Below are positions 51,374 through 63,942 of a DNA stretch of 64,000 nucleotides, piece by piece. This DNA comes from Octopus sinensis. Lineage: Eukaryota. The notes under the pieces are model-generated. The model worked only from the letters and a program-made list of their open reading frames with translations. It had not been told where the DNA came from and made no database searches. The stretch spans positions 12,710,001 to 12,774,000 of the forward strand of contig NC_043022.1 in NCBI RefSeq assembly GCF_006345805.1. Direction: 5' to 3'. The first letter of the stretch is position 1, and every line of letters begins with the position of its first letter. A program made the position numbers and the translations under genes.

Positions 51374-52004
51374 ATATATATATATATAATATATATATAT
51401 ATATATAATATATATATAATTTGTTTTGGTGTTTGAAAATACACCTGAATCTGAAAAACATGTAGTCATTTTTAAATAGATCTATTCAAATACCAAACTA
51501 GTTTTGACAATGATTTGGTTATCAATGGTATAAATATATATATATTAAAAAAAAAGGTGGGATTTTAGGAGAGTTTAAAATTCCAATGTCAAAATTGGAC
51601 AAACATGTTTAAACCAAGTGTTGAAATGTTCACAGAAATTCCAATGAGTTTCACTATTTTAGATGATAATAGCAATGTAAATGTTCGGCAAAGATCATAA
51701 CAAATGTACATTCTTGAAAGTTCAGTCATATTGAGTTTTTAAAATAAGTGAAGAGAGAGAAAAAAGAAGAGAGAAAGAAAAAGGGTTTTTTTTTAATTAA
51801 TTTTTGTCATGGTGCATGTAGTTCTTTCTTCCAATCTCCATCTGAGTCTCTTAACCTTTGACGGTTTGTTCAAATCAGAAAATACTTTGTGTGCTGTCTT
51901 TTAGTACATATATGTTTTTACAGGAAAGGCTCCGATTTTAGATTGGTTACAAATTTGAGGTCTTATTCTTTTCTTCTCGAAGTCCTTGTATGTGTGCACA
52001 TATA

Positions 52005-52405
52005 TACTCTTTACTCTTTTACTTGTTTCAGTCATTTGACTGCGGCCATGCTGGAGCACTGCCTTTAGTCGAGCAAATCGACCCCGGGACTTATTTTTGT
52101 AAGCCTAGTACTTATTCTATCGGTCTCTTTTGCCAAACCGCTAAGTGACGGGGACGTAAACACACCAGCATTGGTTGTCAAGCGATGCTAGGGAGACAAA
52201 CAGACACAAACACACATACACACATATATATACATATATACGACAGGCTTCTTTCAGTTTCCGTCTACCAAATCCACTCACAAGGCATTGGTCGGCCCGA
52301 GGCTATAGCAGAAGACACTTGCCCAAGGTGCCATGCAGTGGGATTGAACCCGGAACCATGTGGTTGGTTAGCAAGCTACTTACCACACAGCCACTCCTGC
52401 GCCTA
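52005..52405 (-). mobile_element. CORE-like SINE (family A)
   Basis: Reverse full-length copy. Confidence 0.88.
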
Positions 52406-53295
52406 TAGATATATCTTTTTTTTTATTATTCAAACTGGGAGCCCTTGATTGTTGACTCCCCTGAGTTCATCTGATTTTCATCCCACAAGGTGTCCAAAAA
52501 ACATACCTTTAATTATCAAGCAGGCTTGGTGGTGTTGCTGGTTCAGTTGCAGACAATCTGGTCACGCAACAGGATGTAAGTGGGTTACATGTTACCAGTA
52601 GCATTCAAGAGTGACCTGACATATATACACACATTCATGCATGCATGCATGCACACACACACACTGACACAGATATACACATACATTCAAATATGAATTA
52701 GAAGCAGTGCTAATGTTGCAAATATTATTGACTGCACACACTCAATAAATGTATGTGTTCAGCTTGTTCACTGGTACGCTGCTGTTTAGTGCAATTGGGA
52801 TGACTCCCTCAAAGTACTGGGTATTAAAACACCTGAAAGTCATAGACAGGTAAGACAACTCACCCCTAATACACACACACACACACACAGACACACACAC
52901 ACACACACTCAATCACTAATGTTATATGTCATATGATGAGTAACTTTGTTGGTATACTTTTGGCCCCATGGTTAATATCAGGAAATACAATCACACATAT
53001 AATGATTAGAATTGGATCTTTTTGGTTTTTTATCAAATATCTTGATGCTTGAATAATATGATGAAGTGAATACGAATTTTCAGGAAAAAATATTTTAACC
53101 GTAAAATAGAATTAAATAAAGCAAATTTCTCCTTGTATGTAACTTCTCTGCTAGAAGATTGTAGGGTTCACTCCCCTGCTTGCAATATATATCGGGTGCA
53201 GATTGCATCAACAACCAGCTGGAGGAAGGTCCTCCTGGGGTTAAAAACATCAGTTCCTACAGAACAGCCATATTGGTGTGGCAATAAACATTACT

Positions 53296-53359
<64 letters not shown>

Positions 53360-55304
53360 AACATTTTTTTCTTTAGTGTCTGCCTACCAAATCCATTCAT
53401 AAGCCATTGGTCTCCAAAGGCTATAGTAGAAGGCACCTATCCAAGGTGCCATGCAGTGGGACTGAACCTGGAACCATGTAGTTGGGAAGTAAAATTTCCC
53501 CCACACCCACCCCATCTATATAAGTAGTAGTGCCAAATAATAATGTGAGATAAATAAAATTTGGGTTAGATGAAATATATTTGTGACAGATCTTAACTTC
53601 TAAAGGCAATTTCTGTGAAGTTTACCATGGAGAAAAAAATTCCTGCTTATGGTAAAGTGTAAATACACCCTTATCAGCTCAGTAACAGCCCCTCTTGGAC
53701 TTCTGGTTCAGTGCATATTTCTCAGTAAAAGATACCAAAGAGAGATAATCCTGAGCTGACTCATGAAAGAGTCTATACAAGTGACCACCCAGTTAGAATA
53801 AATAAATAAATAAGTTTACCATAGAGAAAAAGTTCTCACTTATGGTAAAGGTATGAATACATCATTATCAACCCTCTTTCCACCCAAATTATGTGATTGT
53901 ATGTCAGTTAAACTGCAGAAATTACTAGGAGAGATGTAACTGATTATACACCCTATTTTCACCCAAAATAGGTGGCCTGTTGTTGTAATATGTCTGTGTC
54001 TTTATGAATACTATGAGTCGGTATGAATCAACAAATAGCCCTTTATGTAGATGCTTGCCCTGCTTAAAACAAGAGCTGGATTTACTTTCAATTACGTCCT
54101 ACCACTTTAGAAAAAAAAGGGGGAAAGCACACTGAATAATGTAGTCTTAGATTTAAGATTACATTATTATGTAATCTTATGTCAATAAAAAGAAAAAGAT
54201 GAGATTTCACAAGTGGGAAACTTTTGATTGTGAGTCTGGTTGATTAGACTTAAGCTGAGTGTTAAACTAGAATGAAAGTAGGAAGGAATTCCAAAGAAAT
54301 GGAGATTCTGGGGAAACAAGATTAGGAAAAAGCATTCAGAGCTTGAGCTGAGAAGTGAAAGAGAGAGAGAGAGAGTGTTTGATAGAAGAAATAATGTATA
54401 TTAGTTAGGCTTGAGAAACGATAGAAGCCATTAGTTGGGAGAAAGTGGTAAATAGCCAGCCAGATTAGAGGAAGCGAGACCATTCCTGTAAAGAAAGAAG
54501 GTGGTATGTAGCTAGTTAATTCCTAGGAAGAGTGGTGTTTATTGTTGAAGGAGAAGGTGATGTGTTGTTAGCTATTTCAGCAGAAGTGAATCTGTTACAG
54601 AAGTGTAAGAAGAGAGAGAGAGAGAGAGAGAAACACATACCTTTAATTCAGGGGTGGTGGTGTGTTAATGAGGAAATCATTTATCAATCAATTAAATGAC
54701 TTTAGACATGGTTTCCGGTATCTGGATAAGTAGCAAGTATGGTTGTATAATTAAACAAGTTTTCTTCCCAACCGTATGATTTGGGGTTCAGTCCTTACAC
54801 CTTGGGCAAGAATCTTTTTCTATAGTCCCAGGCCAACCAAAGCCTTGTGGGTGGATTTGGTAAGTGGAAATCAGTCGCACGCGCGCGTGCGTGCGTGCGT
54901 GCTTGTGTGTGTGTGTGTGTGTGTCCTCATCCCCCCCACTTATCTTGACATCACGTTGTAAATGAGTGTTATTCATTTGCAATGTTCTACATAATCATGT
55001 TTGGCTAAGGAGAAATATTAGCTTGCTTGGAAGCAGCCATGCTGTCCGAGGTAAGTGGATGCTGTTTTACTGAGGTATAGGATATCTGAGTCTGTAACAG
55101 CAGCAGCCACATTGTCCTATGTAAGTAGACAAGGCCAAAAACTAGTCTAGGGTATCTGAAAGCATTACAGAAGCTGCAAAGTCCTGGCAGCACTTTATTA
55201 TGGTCCTAGTCTACTTCAACTTGTTACAACACTGTTATCAATAAGTAGACAGTGCTCTAGCATGGTCAAGGATATCTGAATGTTTTACAAAATATCCACA
55301 AGCC

Positions 55305-55680
55305 AGGCGTAGGAGTGGCTGTGTGGTTCTTGGTTCAGTCCCACTGCGTGGCACCTTGGGCAAGTGAATTTCTATTATAGCCTCGCGCTGACCAAAGCCT
55401 TGTGAGTGGATTTCGTAGACGGAAACTGAAAGAAGCTCATCACACACATACATACATACATATATATATATGTATGTATGTGTGTGTGTATGTCCCTCCA
55501 ACATCACTTGATAACCGATGCTGGTGTGTTTACGTCCCTGTAACTTAGCGGTTCAGCAAAAGAGACTGATAGAATAAGTACTAGGCTTCCAAAGAATAAG
55601 TCCTCGGGCCGATTTGCTCGACTAAAGACAGTGCTCCAGCATGGCCGCAGTCAAATGGCTGAAACAAGTATAAGAGTAAG
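55305..55680 (+). mobile_element. CORE-like SINE (family A)
   Basis: Near full-length copy. Confidence 0.83.
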
Positions 55681-56474
55681 CCACACTATCCAAGGTACGT
55701 GTTTGCTGCTTTAATAAGGTCTTAGGTCGTCTCAACAGGTTGTTGTTAGATAATCCTAGATAAGCCGTTGGGGTTTTAATGTGACTCCGTTTTGTTTTTG
55801 TTTTGTTTCTTTTCTTTGGTCTCAAATCTAAGTACTTATTCCATCAGTAAACAATAAACAAACCAACTCTGGTTAGTGGTGCAGGGGGGGGGGTGAAAGC
55901 TCAAACACAAGCACACCACACATATATCATCATCCTTTTAACATCCACTTTCCCATGCTTGAATTGGCCAGATGGAATTTGTTGAGATGGATTTTCTTCA
56001 TCCAGTTGCCTTCACATGTTTCCAAATAAGATAATATTTCTCCATGACCAGACATTTTTTAACAGAAGACTGGAAACAAAATACAACATTTGGAAGACAG
56101 TAGCAACTATCATGTAATTTCAAAGCAAGGAGATAGTAACATACACACACACACACACACATATATGATGGGCTTCTTTCAGTTTCCATCTACCAAATCC
56201 ATTCATAAGGCTTGTGAGGTTATAGTAGAAGATACTTACGCAAGGTGCCACACAGTAGGACTGAACACAAAACCATGTGGTTGGAAAGCAAACATCTTGC
56301 TACAAAGCCACACCTGCACCTATATAATTATGTGGCAGGCTTCTGCACAGTTTCCATCTGCCAGATTCACTCACAAGGCAGAGGTCAGTCCAAAGCTATA
56401 CTAAAAGACACTTACCCAAGGTGCTGCATAGTGGGGCTGATTATTTTCTGAACCTCTCTCTTTCTCATTTTCAG

Positions 56475-56621
56475 GAAAGTCTGCGTCTCACCTGTGGATT
56501 GCCCAGTTATGAGGGATGGCCACCATGTTCTGAAGAAGAAAATGAAGTGTCATGTCTTAGACACAGAAAAGAATCTCATCACCGTTGGTGGAATAATAAT
56601 TGCAGTGAATAACAAGACGCC
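56475..56621 (+). other. Probable 5'-UTR part of the first coding exon of the M13 gene
   Basis: Strong acceptor (ctctctctttctcattttcag) ending 56474, followed by non-repetitive sequence up to the ATG. This implies at least one upstream exon. Confidence 0.6.
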
Positions 56622-56865
56622 ATGGAGAAAATAAGGTGCGAAGAGATGAATGAGAATTCTGCCAGCTGCAAATTACCGATCAACACCGAACTGAAGATCA
56701 TCGAAGACCCTGTATTTGTACAAGTCCATGTTGCTGCTGACCGGAAGGACATTGGCCGGAACTGGACACACAGAGAGAAATGGTTGTTGTCCATTTGTAT
56801 CTTTGTGGTAGTGGTCTTGGTGGCCTTTGTCACGGTCACCTTTGTTTTTAAGGAAATATATAACG
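56622..56865 (+). CDS. M13 (neprilysin/ECE-like) metallopeptidase, coding exon 1: cytoplasmic tail plus type II signal-anchor TM
   Basis: ATG at 56622 has an in-frame TAA just upstream (56610-56612). Translation MEKIRC...WTHREKWLLSICIFVVVVLVAFVTVTFVFKEIYNG contains a ~23-aa hydrophobic segment. Donor G|GTAAG at 56866, phase 1; it splices in frame to exons carrying M13 motifs. Confidence 0.85.
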
Positions 56866-57143
56866 GTAAGTACCACGTCTTTTTGTCTGTCTGTCTTAAA
56901 TAACGTAGCTGGGAGCAAAGTGATGGGGGGTAGTCCGCTCCAAAAAGCACTTTTGGATCTGATATAAAACCCAATAGAAGTAGGGGACTTGAGGGGTTTC
57001 CCATAAATGAAATATACTTTTTGGAACAAATTATTATAGATTAAGTGTTTATTCACACTCAGACTTATCTTTGAATTTCTCTATATTCTATACTAAGTGG
57101 CCATACACAACTTCTTTGAACTCGTCATCCACACTGGAATATA

Positions 57144-58705
57144 CAGGGTGTCCCAGAAGGATTGATATTTCTTAATTATTCAAACTAAACTTAAGGTAGG
57201 ATAATGAAATTTGGCACACACATTCTAATGTAAACTGTCAATCCATTGCAATAATTACATTTCAAAATGACCACCTTTCACTTTGACCACAGCCTGCAAA
57301 TGAGTGGTCACTGAGTTGCTTAAGAGCTGTGTCACCTCTTCATCCAACCTGACCTGTGAAGACAGAAGGGCCTTCTTCAGATCTGACATATTTGATTAGG
57401 AGTGAATGGTGGCACGTAAAAAGCACCATCCGAACAGGGCCAATGACAGTTCCACCTTTATTGACATCTGTGCCAGTGGCACGTAAAAAATGCTGAACGA
57501 TCATGGCCATTGCCAGCCTTCTCTGGCTCCTGTGCTGGTGGCATGTAAAAAGCACCCACTACACTCATGGAGTAGTTGATGTTAGGAAGGGCATCCAGCT
57601 ATAGAAACACTGCCAGATCAGACTGGAGCCTGGTGCAGCCTCCTGGCTTCCCAGACCCCAGTCAAACCGTCCAACCCATGCTTGCATGGAAAACGGACGT
57701 TAAATGATGATGATGATGAACAGAAACATTATTCTCTAAGATGGACCAGAGAGCAAAGTTCATGGGATTGATGTCTGGACTTGAGGGAGGTCATATCATC
57801 TGCTTCCAAAAACTGCTGAAATGCTCTTTGCAGCACTTCTATGTCAAATTGAATGAGTAGGTTTGAGGCCTGTCTTGAATGAAGATGGAACAATCACCAA
57901 AGGTTTTTGTGACCCAAGGTAACACTTACTCATCCAACATCTCCACATTGCTGACCTTGACACCAGCATCAATGAAGATCAAAGGAGACTTGGACCCATC
58001 AGATGCAACTGCAGCCCACATCATGAGTGAAGCTGGTTTCTGATGGCATCAATGATTCCTGTTACCTTCAAGCAATTCTCCTGCATTTTGTGCATAAAGT
58101 CTGTTAATCTGCCTGTTGGTAACTGCCTCCACAGTGAAGATCTTGTAGTCAGACCAGATCAGCACTTTATTTCTGGCACACTTCATCTTAGCTACCCCTG
58201 TCAAGCCGTTTCTTCTTGGAAGCTGCTGAAATTAATGGCTGGAATTATTTCTTGTATGCAGTTGGCTTTAAATTCTCTTTAAAAGTCTTGTGCATTGATG
58301 ATTTTGAAATACCAAGAGCTTTTGCAGTTTTTCTTGCACTCCTGCAGGGATTTTGGTTCATTCACTTCTTCACAGCTTCAACAGTTTGTTTGGTACAAAT
58401 TGACTGTTTCCTACCAGGAAGTGGTTTGCTAGAAGTAGTAGCAGACTCCATATATCATTTCCAGGTATTGAACACCATTTTACAGCACACATTCATCTGT
58501 CCTTGTTGCTCACTCCAGCTGTTTTCAAAGTGGCAATCTGGTCACGTTTTGCTTTCAACACCATGTTTGTTTACAAAACTGTTATAGACAAACAAAACAA
58601 TAGAGACATGAACAAAGGACATGTGCAAAATATCGATAATAATAATCAAACCAATATTCTTTAGGAAGAGTTTTAATCATGGGTAAATTTTTCTGGGACA
58701 CCTTG
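57144..58705 (-). mobile_element. Full-length decayed maT (DD37D-type) transposon in the first coding intron
   Basis: TIRs cagggtgtcccagaa / ttctgggacaccttg with TA on both sides. Minus strand MVLKAKRDQIATL, LIWSD, MMWAAVASDG, FIQD...PPSSPDINPMNF (37 spacing, third Asp is Asn); multiple stops. Confidence 0.88.
57395..57720 (+). mobile_element. RTE-X 3' end nested inside the maT element
   Basis: Family motif and (ATG)n tail interrupting the transposase C-terminus. Confidence 0.8.
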
Positions 58706-59565
58706 TATATCTTTCAGTTCAATGACCAGTAACAACTGTAAGGCTTAGAGCTCCATGTAGATTATCATTATCCAGCCGGTTTCCATTGACCTCTGAACTT
58801 AAGTGTTATTAGTTATGATATACAGAATATATATAGAGGAAGCTAAGATAAACAGTGGAATAAATATTTAGTTCCTAGGCAGCCAAATGCACTTGGAAAA
58901 TTCAGTGAGGAGTTCCAAATAACTGCAATGGGAAAATGTACATCAGAAATATATTATTTATATTGGTGTTTATTTTAATTTTCCCTACACACACACACAT
59001 GTATAAATATATTTATAATATATATATATATAGGAAGAGTTTACGAAAAAAACAAAAGACGAAGACAGGTGGTGTGCAAAACAAATAGATGTATTAGTAT
59101 AACATATATATATACACACACTATATCTGTTGGCATAAAAGATGCACAGACATATTTGATACACCCCGGTTTCTGCAGTGCAAATACAGGAAAGAATAAT
59201 TTAGTTCATTAAAGCACGTAACATTGAAAGCAATGAAGCAGCAGGTTTACAAAACATTACAAAAGAATCCTAGCTTAATGTTTAAGTAAATATTGTTGTT
59301 ATGAAGTCAGGTTAGGTTAAAAGAGACTGTCTGGATTAAAATTAGTCTCTTGTAGTGAATGTCAAGGACAAAATTAGCTTCTGGGAGGCCCTAATTTGCA
59401 TATAGGGCCCAGGGTGATTTTTTTTAGACATATTCTGGGAAAAAAGTGCATCTTAACAGTGGGTGTGTGTATGAGTGTGTATATTCACATAAACCAGATG
59501 TTCTGTTTCTTGTACTCCACAGTACTATACAACAAAACATAATATAGTATGCGCAATCCTCTTAA

Positions 59566-59786
59566 CCCTTTCGTTACTGTATTTATTTTGAGATGCTCTG
59601 TGCTTCTTTCAATTATTTTAAATATAACAAAGAATTTAGTAAAATAAACTTAGTTATTATTCAGCTAGTGTTAGGAACATAAATTGTGACTAAGGTTTGG
59701 TGGAAGATTTTAATTCAAAACTTATGGCAACAAGACATTTGTACTCAGAGCCAGAGGTGGTTTCAGCCAGGTTGGTATCAAATGGG
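59566..59786. mobile_element. piggyBac-type MITE, copy 1
   Basis: TTAA|CCCTTT...ATGGG|TTAA. Confidence 0.8.
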
Positions 59787-59817
59787 TTAAGAATTGTTTC
59801 TCTATTATATATTTTAA

Positions 59818-60039
59818 CCCTTTCATCACTGTACTTTTGTTGAGATGCTCTGTATTTCTTTCAATTACTTTAAATATAATAAAGAATTTAGTAAAATAAA
59901 CTTAATTATTATTCAGCTAGTGTTAGAAACATAAATTGTGAGTAAGGTTTGGTGGAAGATTTTAATTGAAAACTTATGGAAACAAGACATTTGTACTACA
60001 GAGCCAGAGGTGGTTTCAGCCAGGTTGGTAACAAAAGGG
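59818..60039. mobile_element. piggyBac-type MITE, copy 2
   Basis: TTAA|CCCTTT...AAAGGG|TTAA; homologous to copy 1 over its full length. Confidence 0.8.
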
Positions 60040-60218
60040 TTAAATAATGATTTTTATAATTTTTCTTGTATAATTTCTAACTTTTAAAGTATAAAATATA
60101 ACCGAGCTACCCCACATCCAAACAACCAAGACTGGTTGTTCTGTTCATCTTTTTCTGACATTGTCTCTATTAATCTTATCTTAAAATACTTTATTTTCCA
60201 TTCACTGTTTCTTCCCAG

Positions 60219-60260
60219 GTGATGAAGAGATCTGTTTAACGACTGACTGCATCAAAACAG
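60219..60260 (+). CDS. M13 peptidase coding exon 2 (42 nt; (G)DEEICLTTDCIKT)
   Basis: Pyrimidine tract plus CCCAG acceptor ending 60218; donor AG|GTGAG at 60261; phase 1-1. CxxxxC matches the neprilysin stalk (e.g. ICKSSDCIKSAA). Confidence 0.9.
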
Positions 60261-60344
60261 GTGAGAATTGCCATAGTTTAGCTTTTTGTACTGTTGTACA
60301 TCGTTTCAACAATCACAGGAAGAACTGCATGTTTTAAGTTTTTA

Positions 60345-60660
60345 CATGATATGATCTCTGTGCCAGTGGCACGTAAAAAGCACCATCCGAATGTGGCCGA
60401 TGCCAGTGCCGCCTTGACTGGCTTCCGTGCCGGTGGCATGTAAAAAGCACCAATCCGATCATGGCCGTTTGCCAGCCTCGCCTGGCACCTGTGCCGGTGG
60501 CACGTAAAAAGCACCCACTACACTCATGGAGTGGTTGGCGTTAGGAAGGGCGTCCAGCTGTAGAGACACTGCCAGATCAGACTGGAGCCTAGTGCAGCCT
60601 TCTGGCTTCCCAGATCCCCGGTCGAACCGTCCAACCCATGCTAGCATGGAGAACGAACGT
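60345..60660 (+). mobile_element. RTE-X-type 3' end
   Basis: gtggcacgtaaaaagcacc subrepeats and family motif. Confidence 0.78.
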
Positions 60661-61046
60661 AAAAAAAAAAGCAAAAAAAAATATGAATGTGTGTGTGTGT
60701 GTTTCCTACACTACTGCTTGACAACCATTGTTGGTTTGTTTACATTCTCCATAACTTAGTGGGTAGGCAAAAGAGACCTAGGGGATAAGTAACAGGCTTA
60801 AAAAATAAGTTATGGGGCAATTTGTTCAATTAAATCCCTCACGGTGGTGCTCCAGCATGGCTGCAGTTTATGACTGAAAGAAGTAAAATGATGAAAAGTG
60901 GTGTATCACTTTTTCATTAAATTTAAATGTTTTTCCATGCTACCAAGGGTTGAACAGATATTGATGTATTGCTTTACACCCAGATGCCCTTCCTGTCCCT
61001 AACCCTTGGGTAGGTGTATGTATATGTGTGTGTATATATATATATA

Positions 61047-61081
<35 letters not shown>

Positions 61082-61340
61082 GTGGAGAAGGAGGCCCCCT
61101 TCAGTCATGAATGATCTTGGGATTGCACCTAGAAAGTTACCCTCCGGGGCACAAGTCAGGGCAAGATTGTTTATGGAAGGGTATTCTGTCACAGGGTTAC
61201 CCATTTGCAGCTGAGTGGACTGGAGCAACATGGAATGAAGAGTTTTGCTCAAGAATACAATGATCTGCCCAGTCCAAGAATTGAACTCATGATCTAGCAA
61301 TTGTCAGTGCAATGCCCTAACCACTAGGCCATGTGCCTTC
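61082..61340 (-). mobile_element. Family D SINE (internally deleted)
   Basis: Homologous to 12211-12559 (gggattgcacctagaaagttaccctcc). Confidence 0.75.
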
Positions 61341-61674
61341 ACACACACATATATAAATATATATTATAATAATAATAATAATAATAATAATTAGTCTTTT
61401 TACTAATTATATACTATTTATATATTATTTTGTACTTTACTTAATTATAGGTCTGTGTTTTATTGTATAAATCCTTAAAAATGCTTTAGCCCGAAGGCCG
61501 CGGCCATGCTGGGGCACCACCACTGTATATTTAATTTTTTTCTATATATTATGATTTAATTATATCATTGTTGAATTGCTACATGGTGGCTCTTCTCTAA
61601 TTCATATATTCATATATATATAAATTTCTTCTTGTTTTGGGGGTCAGTAATGGTTCTGTGGTTTTTCTTGGTAG

Positions 61675-61836
61675 CTGCAGAACTTCTCGAGGACATTGAC
61701 TTCTCAGTGGATCCATGCGATGACTTCTACCAATATACCTGCGGTAATTGGGAACGAAGAAACATTATACCTGAAGATATGGCAGCCATTGGCAACATCG
61801 AACGGCAGCACCGCAAACTACAGATCATTATTAAAA
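61675..61836 (+). CDS. M13 peptidase coding exon 3 (AAELLEDIDFSVDPCDDFYQYTCGNW...LQIIIK)
   Basis: Acceptor TAG ending 61674; donor A|GTAAG at 61837; 162 nt. Contains the family hallmark D-P-C-x-D-F-Y-x-Y-x-C-G-x-W. Confidence 0.93.
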
Positions 61837-62042
61837 GTAAGTTCTGTACTGAGAAATTTTCCACTTGGGACCCACTTCTCCCCAACCAGCTACGGAGTAC
61901 ACTTTCTCCCCGCATGCAAATACATCTTTCTTTTCATTTGCTTTCTCTCATTCTCTCTCAGATCACAGACATCTCTGGGTTTATGTTGTTGTTATTGTTT
62001 AACCGCGAGTCAGCAGTGGTCCACACTTCTGTGATCAAAGAT

Positions 62043-62175
62043 GATGCATCATCATCATCGTTTAACGTCCGCTTTCCATGCTAGCATGGGTTGGACGATT
62101 TGACTGAGGTCTGGCGAACCAGATGGCTGCACATGGCTCCAATCTTGATCTGGCAGAGTTTCTACAGCTGGATGT
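62043..62175 (-). mobile_element. RTE-X-type 3' end
   Basis: (CAT)n tail followed by the reverse family motif. Confidence 0.78.
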
Positions 62176-62186
62176 ACAATTATTAC

Positions 62187-62228
<42 letters not shown>

Positions 62229-63173
62229 CATCATCATCGTCGTCGTCATTAAAGGAGTGAGCTGGCAGAATCATTAGCATGCTGGATAAAGTGCTTGGTG
62301 ACTTTTTCTGGCTCTTTACAATCTGATTTAAAATCCCACCAATGTCAACTTTACCTTTCGTTCTTTCAAAGTAGTACTGGGGTAGTACTCCTCTCAAAAT
62401 TGCTGACCTTGTACCCAAAATCTGAAACGATTATTGTTACTATTATTAGGACCCTCTTCCTCTTTTTCTTCCCCTTGCCTCATATGTCCAATTTCAACAA
62501 GCCATCAAAAGCTCAAAACCCTTCTGATGATCTTTCTTTTTAGCAAGAAACAAACCTTCTGTAGAATCTCTACAGGACATTCTCTTCCAGTCTCCTCTAT
62601 TCATTTCCCTATTTCATAACTCGCAACCCCTAATGTATCAATTGTCACAGGCATGGTCTTAACAGATTTCATGTTCCAAATCTTTGCAATCTCAAATTTT
62701 AAAGGGTTACATGTTTTCAACTTTCCATCTGCTTTCTTCACAATCCTAGCATCAAATGAAAATAAAGGATCAATCAATAAACAAATTTGATTTTCCCTAG
62801 GCCTTGTGTCTATCAGTAGAAAGGATTATTATTAAGCTAAGAAATGCATTTATCACCAGCTGAAGACTTGCCATTTGGGGGTTAACTTCTAAACATTAAC
62901 ATTTATCTCTCCCATAAAGCTGTTGTTACTATTCAATGGAGTATCTAAACGGTCTTTATTCTAGGATTTATATAAAAGTTTATGGTATGGGAAACTTACA
63001 GCTTGGGAATGGTGGTGCGATGTAGTGATGGTATTGTTGTGTGGTGGTATGGAAGGGTGATAGTATTGCTGTGTGAGGAAAGTGTATGACAGAGAGAGAG
63101 AGAGAGATATTGTGGTGTTGTGATCATGTGGTGGTAGTATTGTATGTAGCAGTGGTACAGGTAGTTCTAAAGA

Positions 63174-63405
63174 AGGCGGCGAGCTGGCAGAAACATTAGC
63201 ATGTCGGGCGAAATGCGTAGCTGTATTTCGTCTGTCGTTACGTTGTGAGTTCAAATTCCGCCGAAGTAGACTTTGCCTTTCATCCTTTCGGGGTCGATAA
63301 ATTAAGTACCAGTTACGCACTGGAGTCGATGTAATCAACTTAATACCTATGTCTGTCCTTGTTTGTCCCCCTCTGTGTTTAGCCCCTTGTGGGTAGTAAA
63401 GAAAT
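63174..63405 (+). mobile_element. Nin/Deu-like SINE (family B)
   Basis: 15-bp TSD aggtagttctaaaga at 63159-63173 and 63406-63420; contains gcctttcatcctttcggggtcgataaattaagtaccag. Confidence 0.9.
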
Positions 63406-63942
63406 AGGTAGTTCTAAAGACAGCAGATTCTTTCTTATTAAGCAATTACATCTTTTATACATAAAAGGAGAGACTATTGTAGCAGTGATAAAAAGGGGGG
63501 AAAAGAGAAGAAACAGTCTTTACATGGATCAGTGTGTTGGTGAGTGAGTCTCAGCCAATCAGCAGAATGGCCTTCAATGTGGTTGTAGTGTCTGCCTGTA
63601 TGTGGTGTGTGTGTGTGTTGATGTAGTCCCAGTGCACAGTAGTTGAAGTAGTAGTGAAGGCACATGGCTTGGTGGTTAGGGTATTTGATTCATGATCATA
63701 AGATTGTGGGTTCGATTCCTGGCAGTGTATAGTGTCCTTGAGAATAAACTCTCCCTCCTCTCTACTGTAAAGTTCTACCTCCACTATAAACTTTTTCCTC
63801 CACTATAAAGTTCTTCTCTACAATAAACATTTACCTGCGCCCACCCCCCAACGTAAACTTCTACCCGCCTCCATGCTGCAAAATGTTTCAATTTGACTTG
63901 CGGCTAAATAAAATGCCAAATGCTTTGATTGTGTATTTTCAG

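Noticed and set aside
59381-59412. 7-bp hairpin with an ATTTGCAT octamer in the loop
   Set aside because: Too short to distinguish from chance or a MITE remnant.
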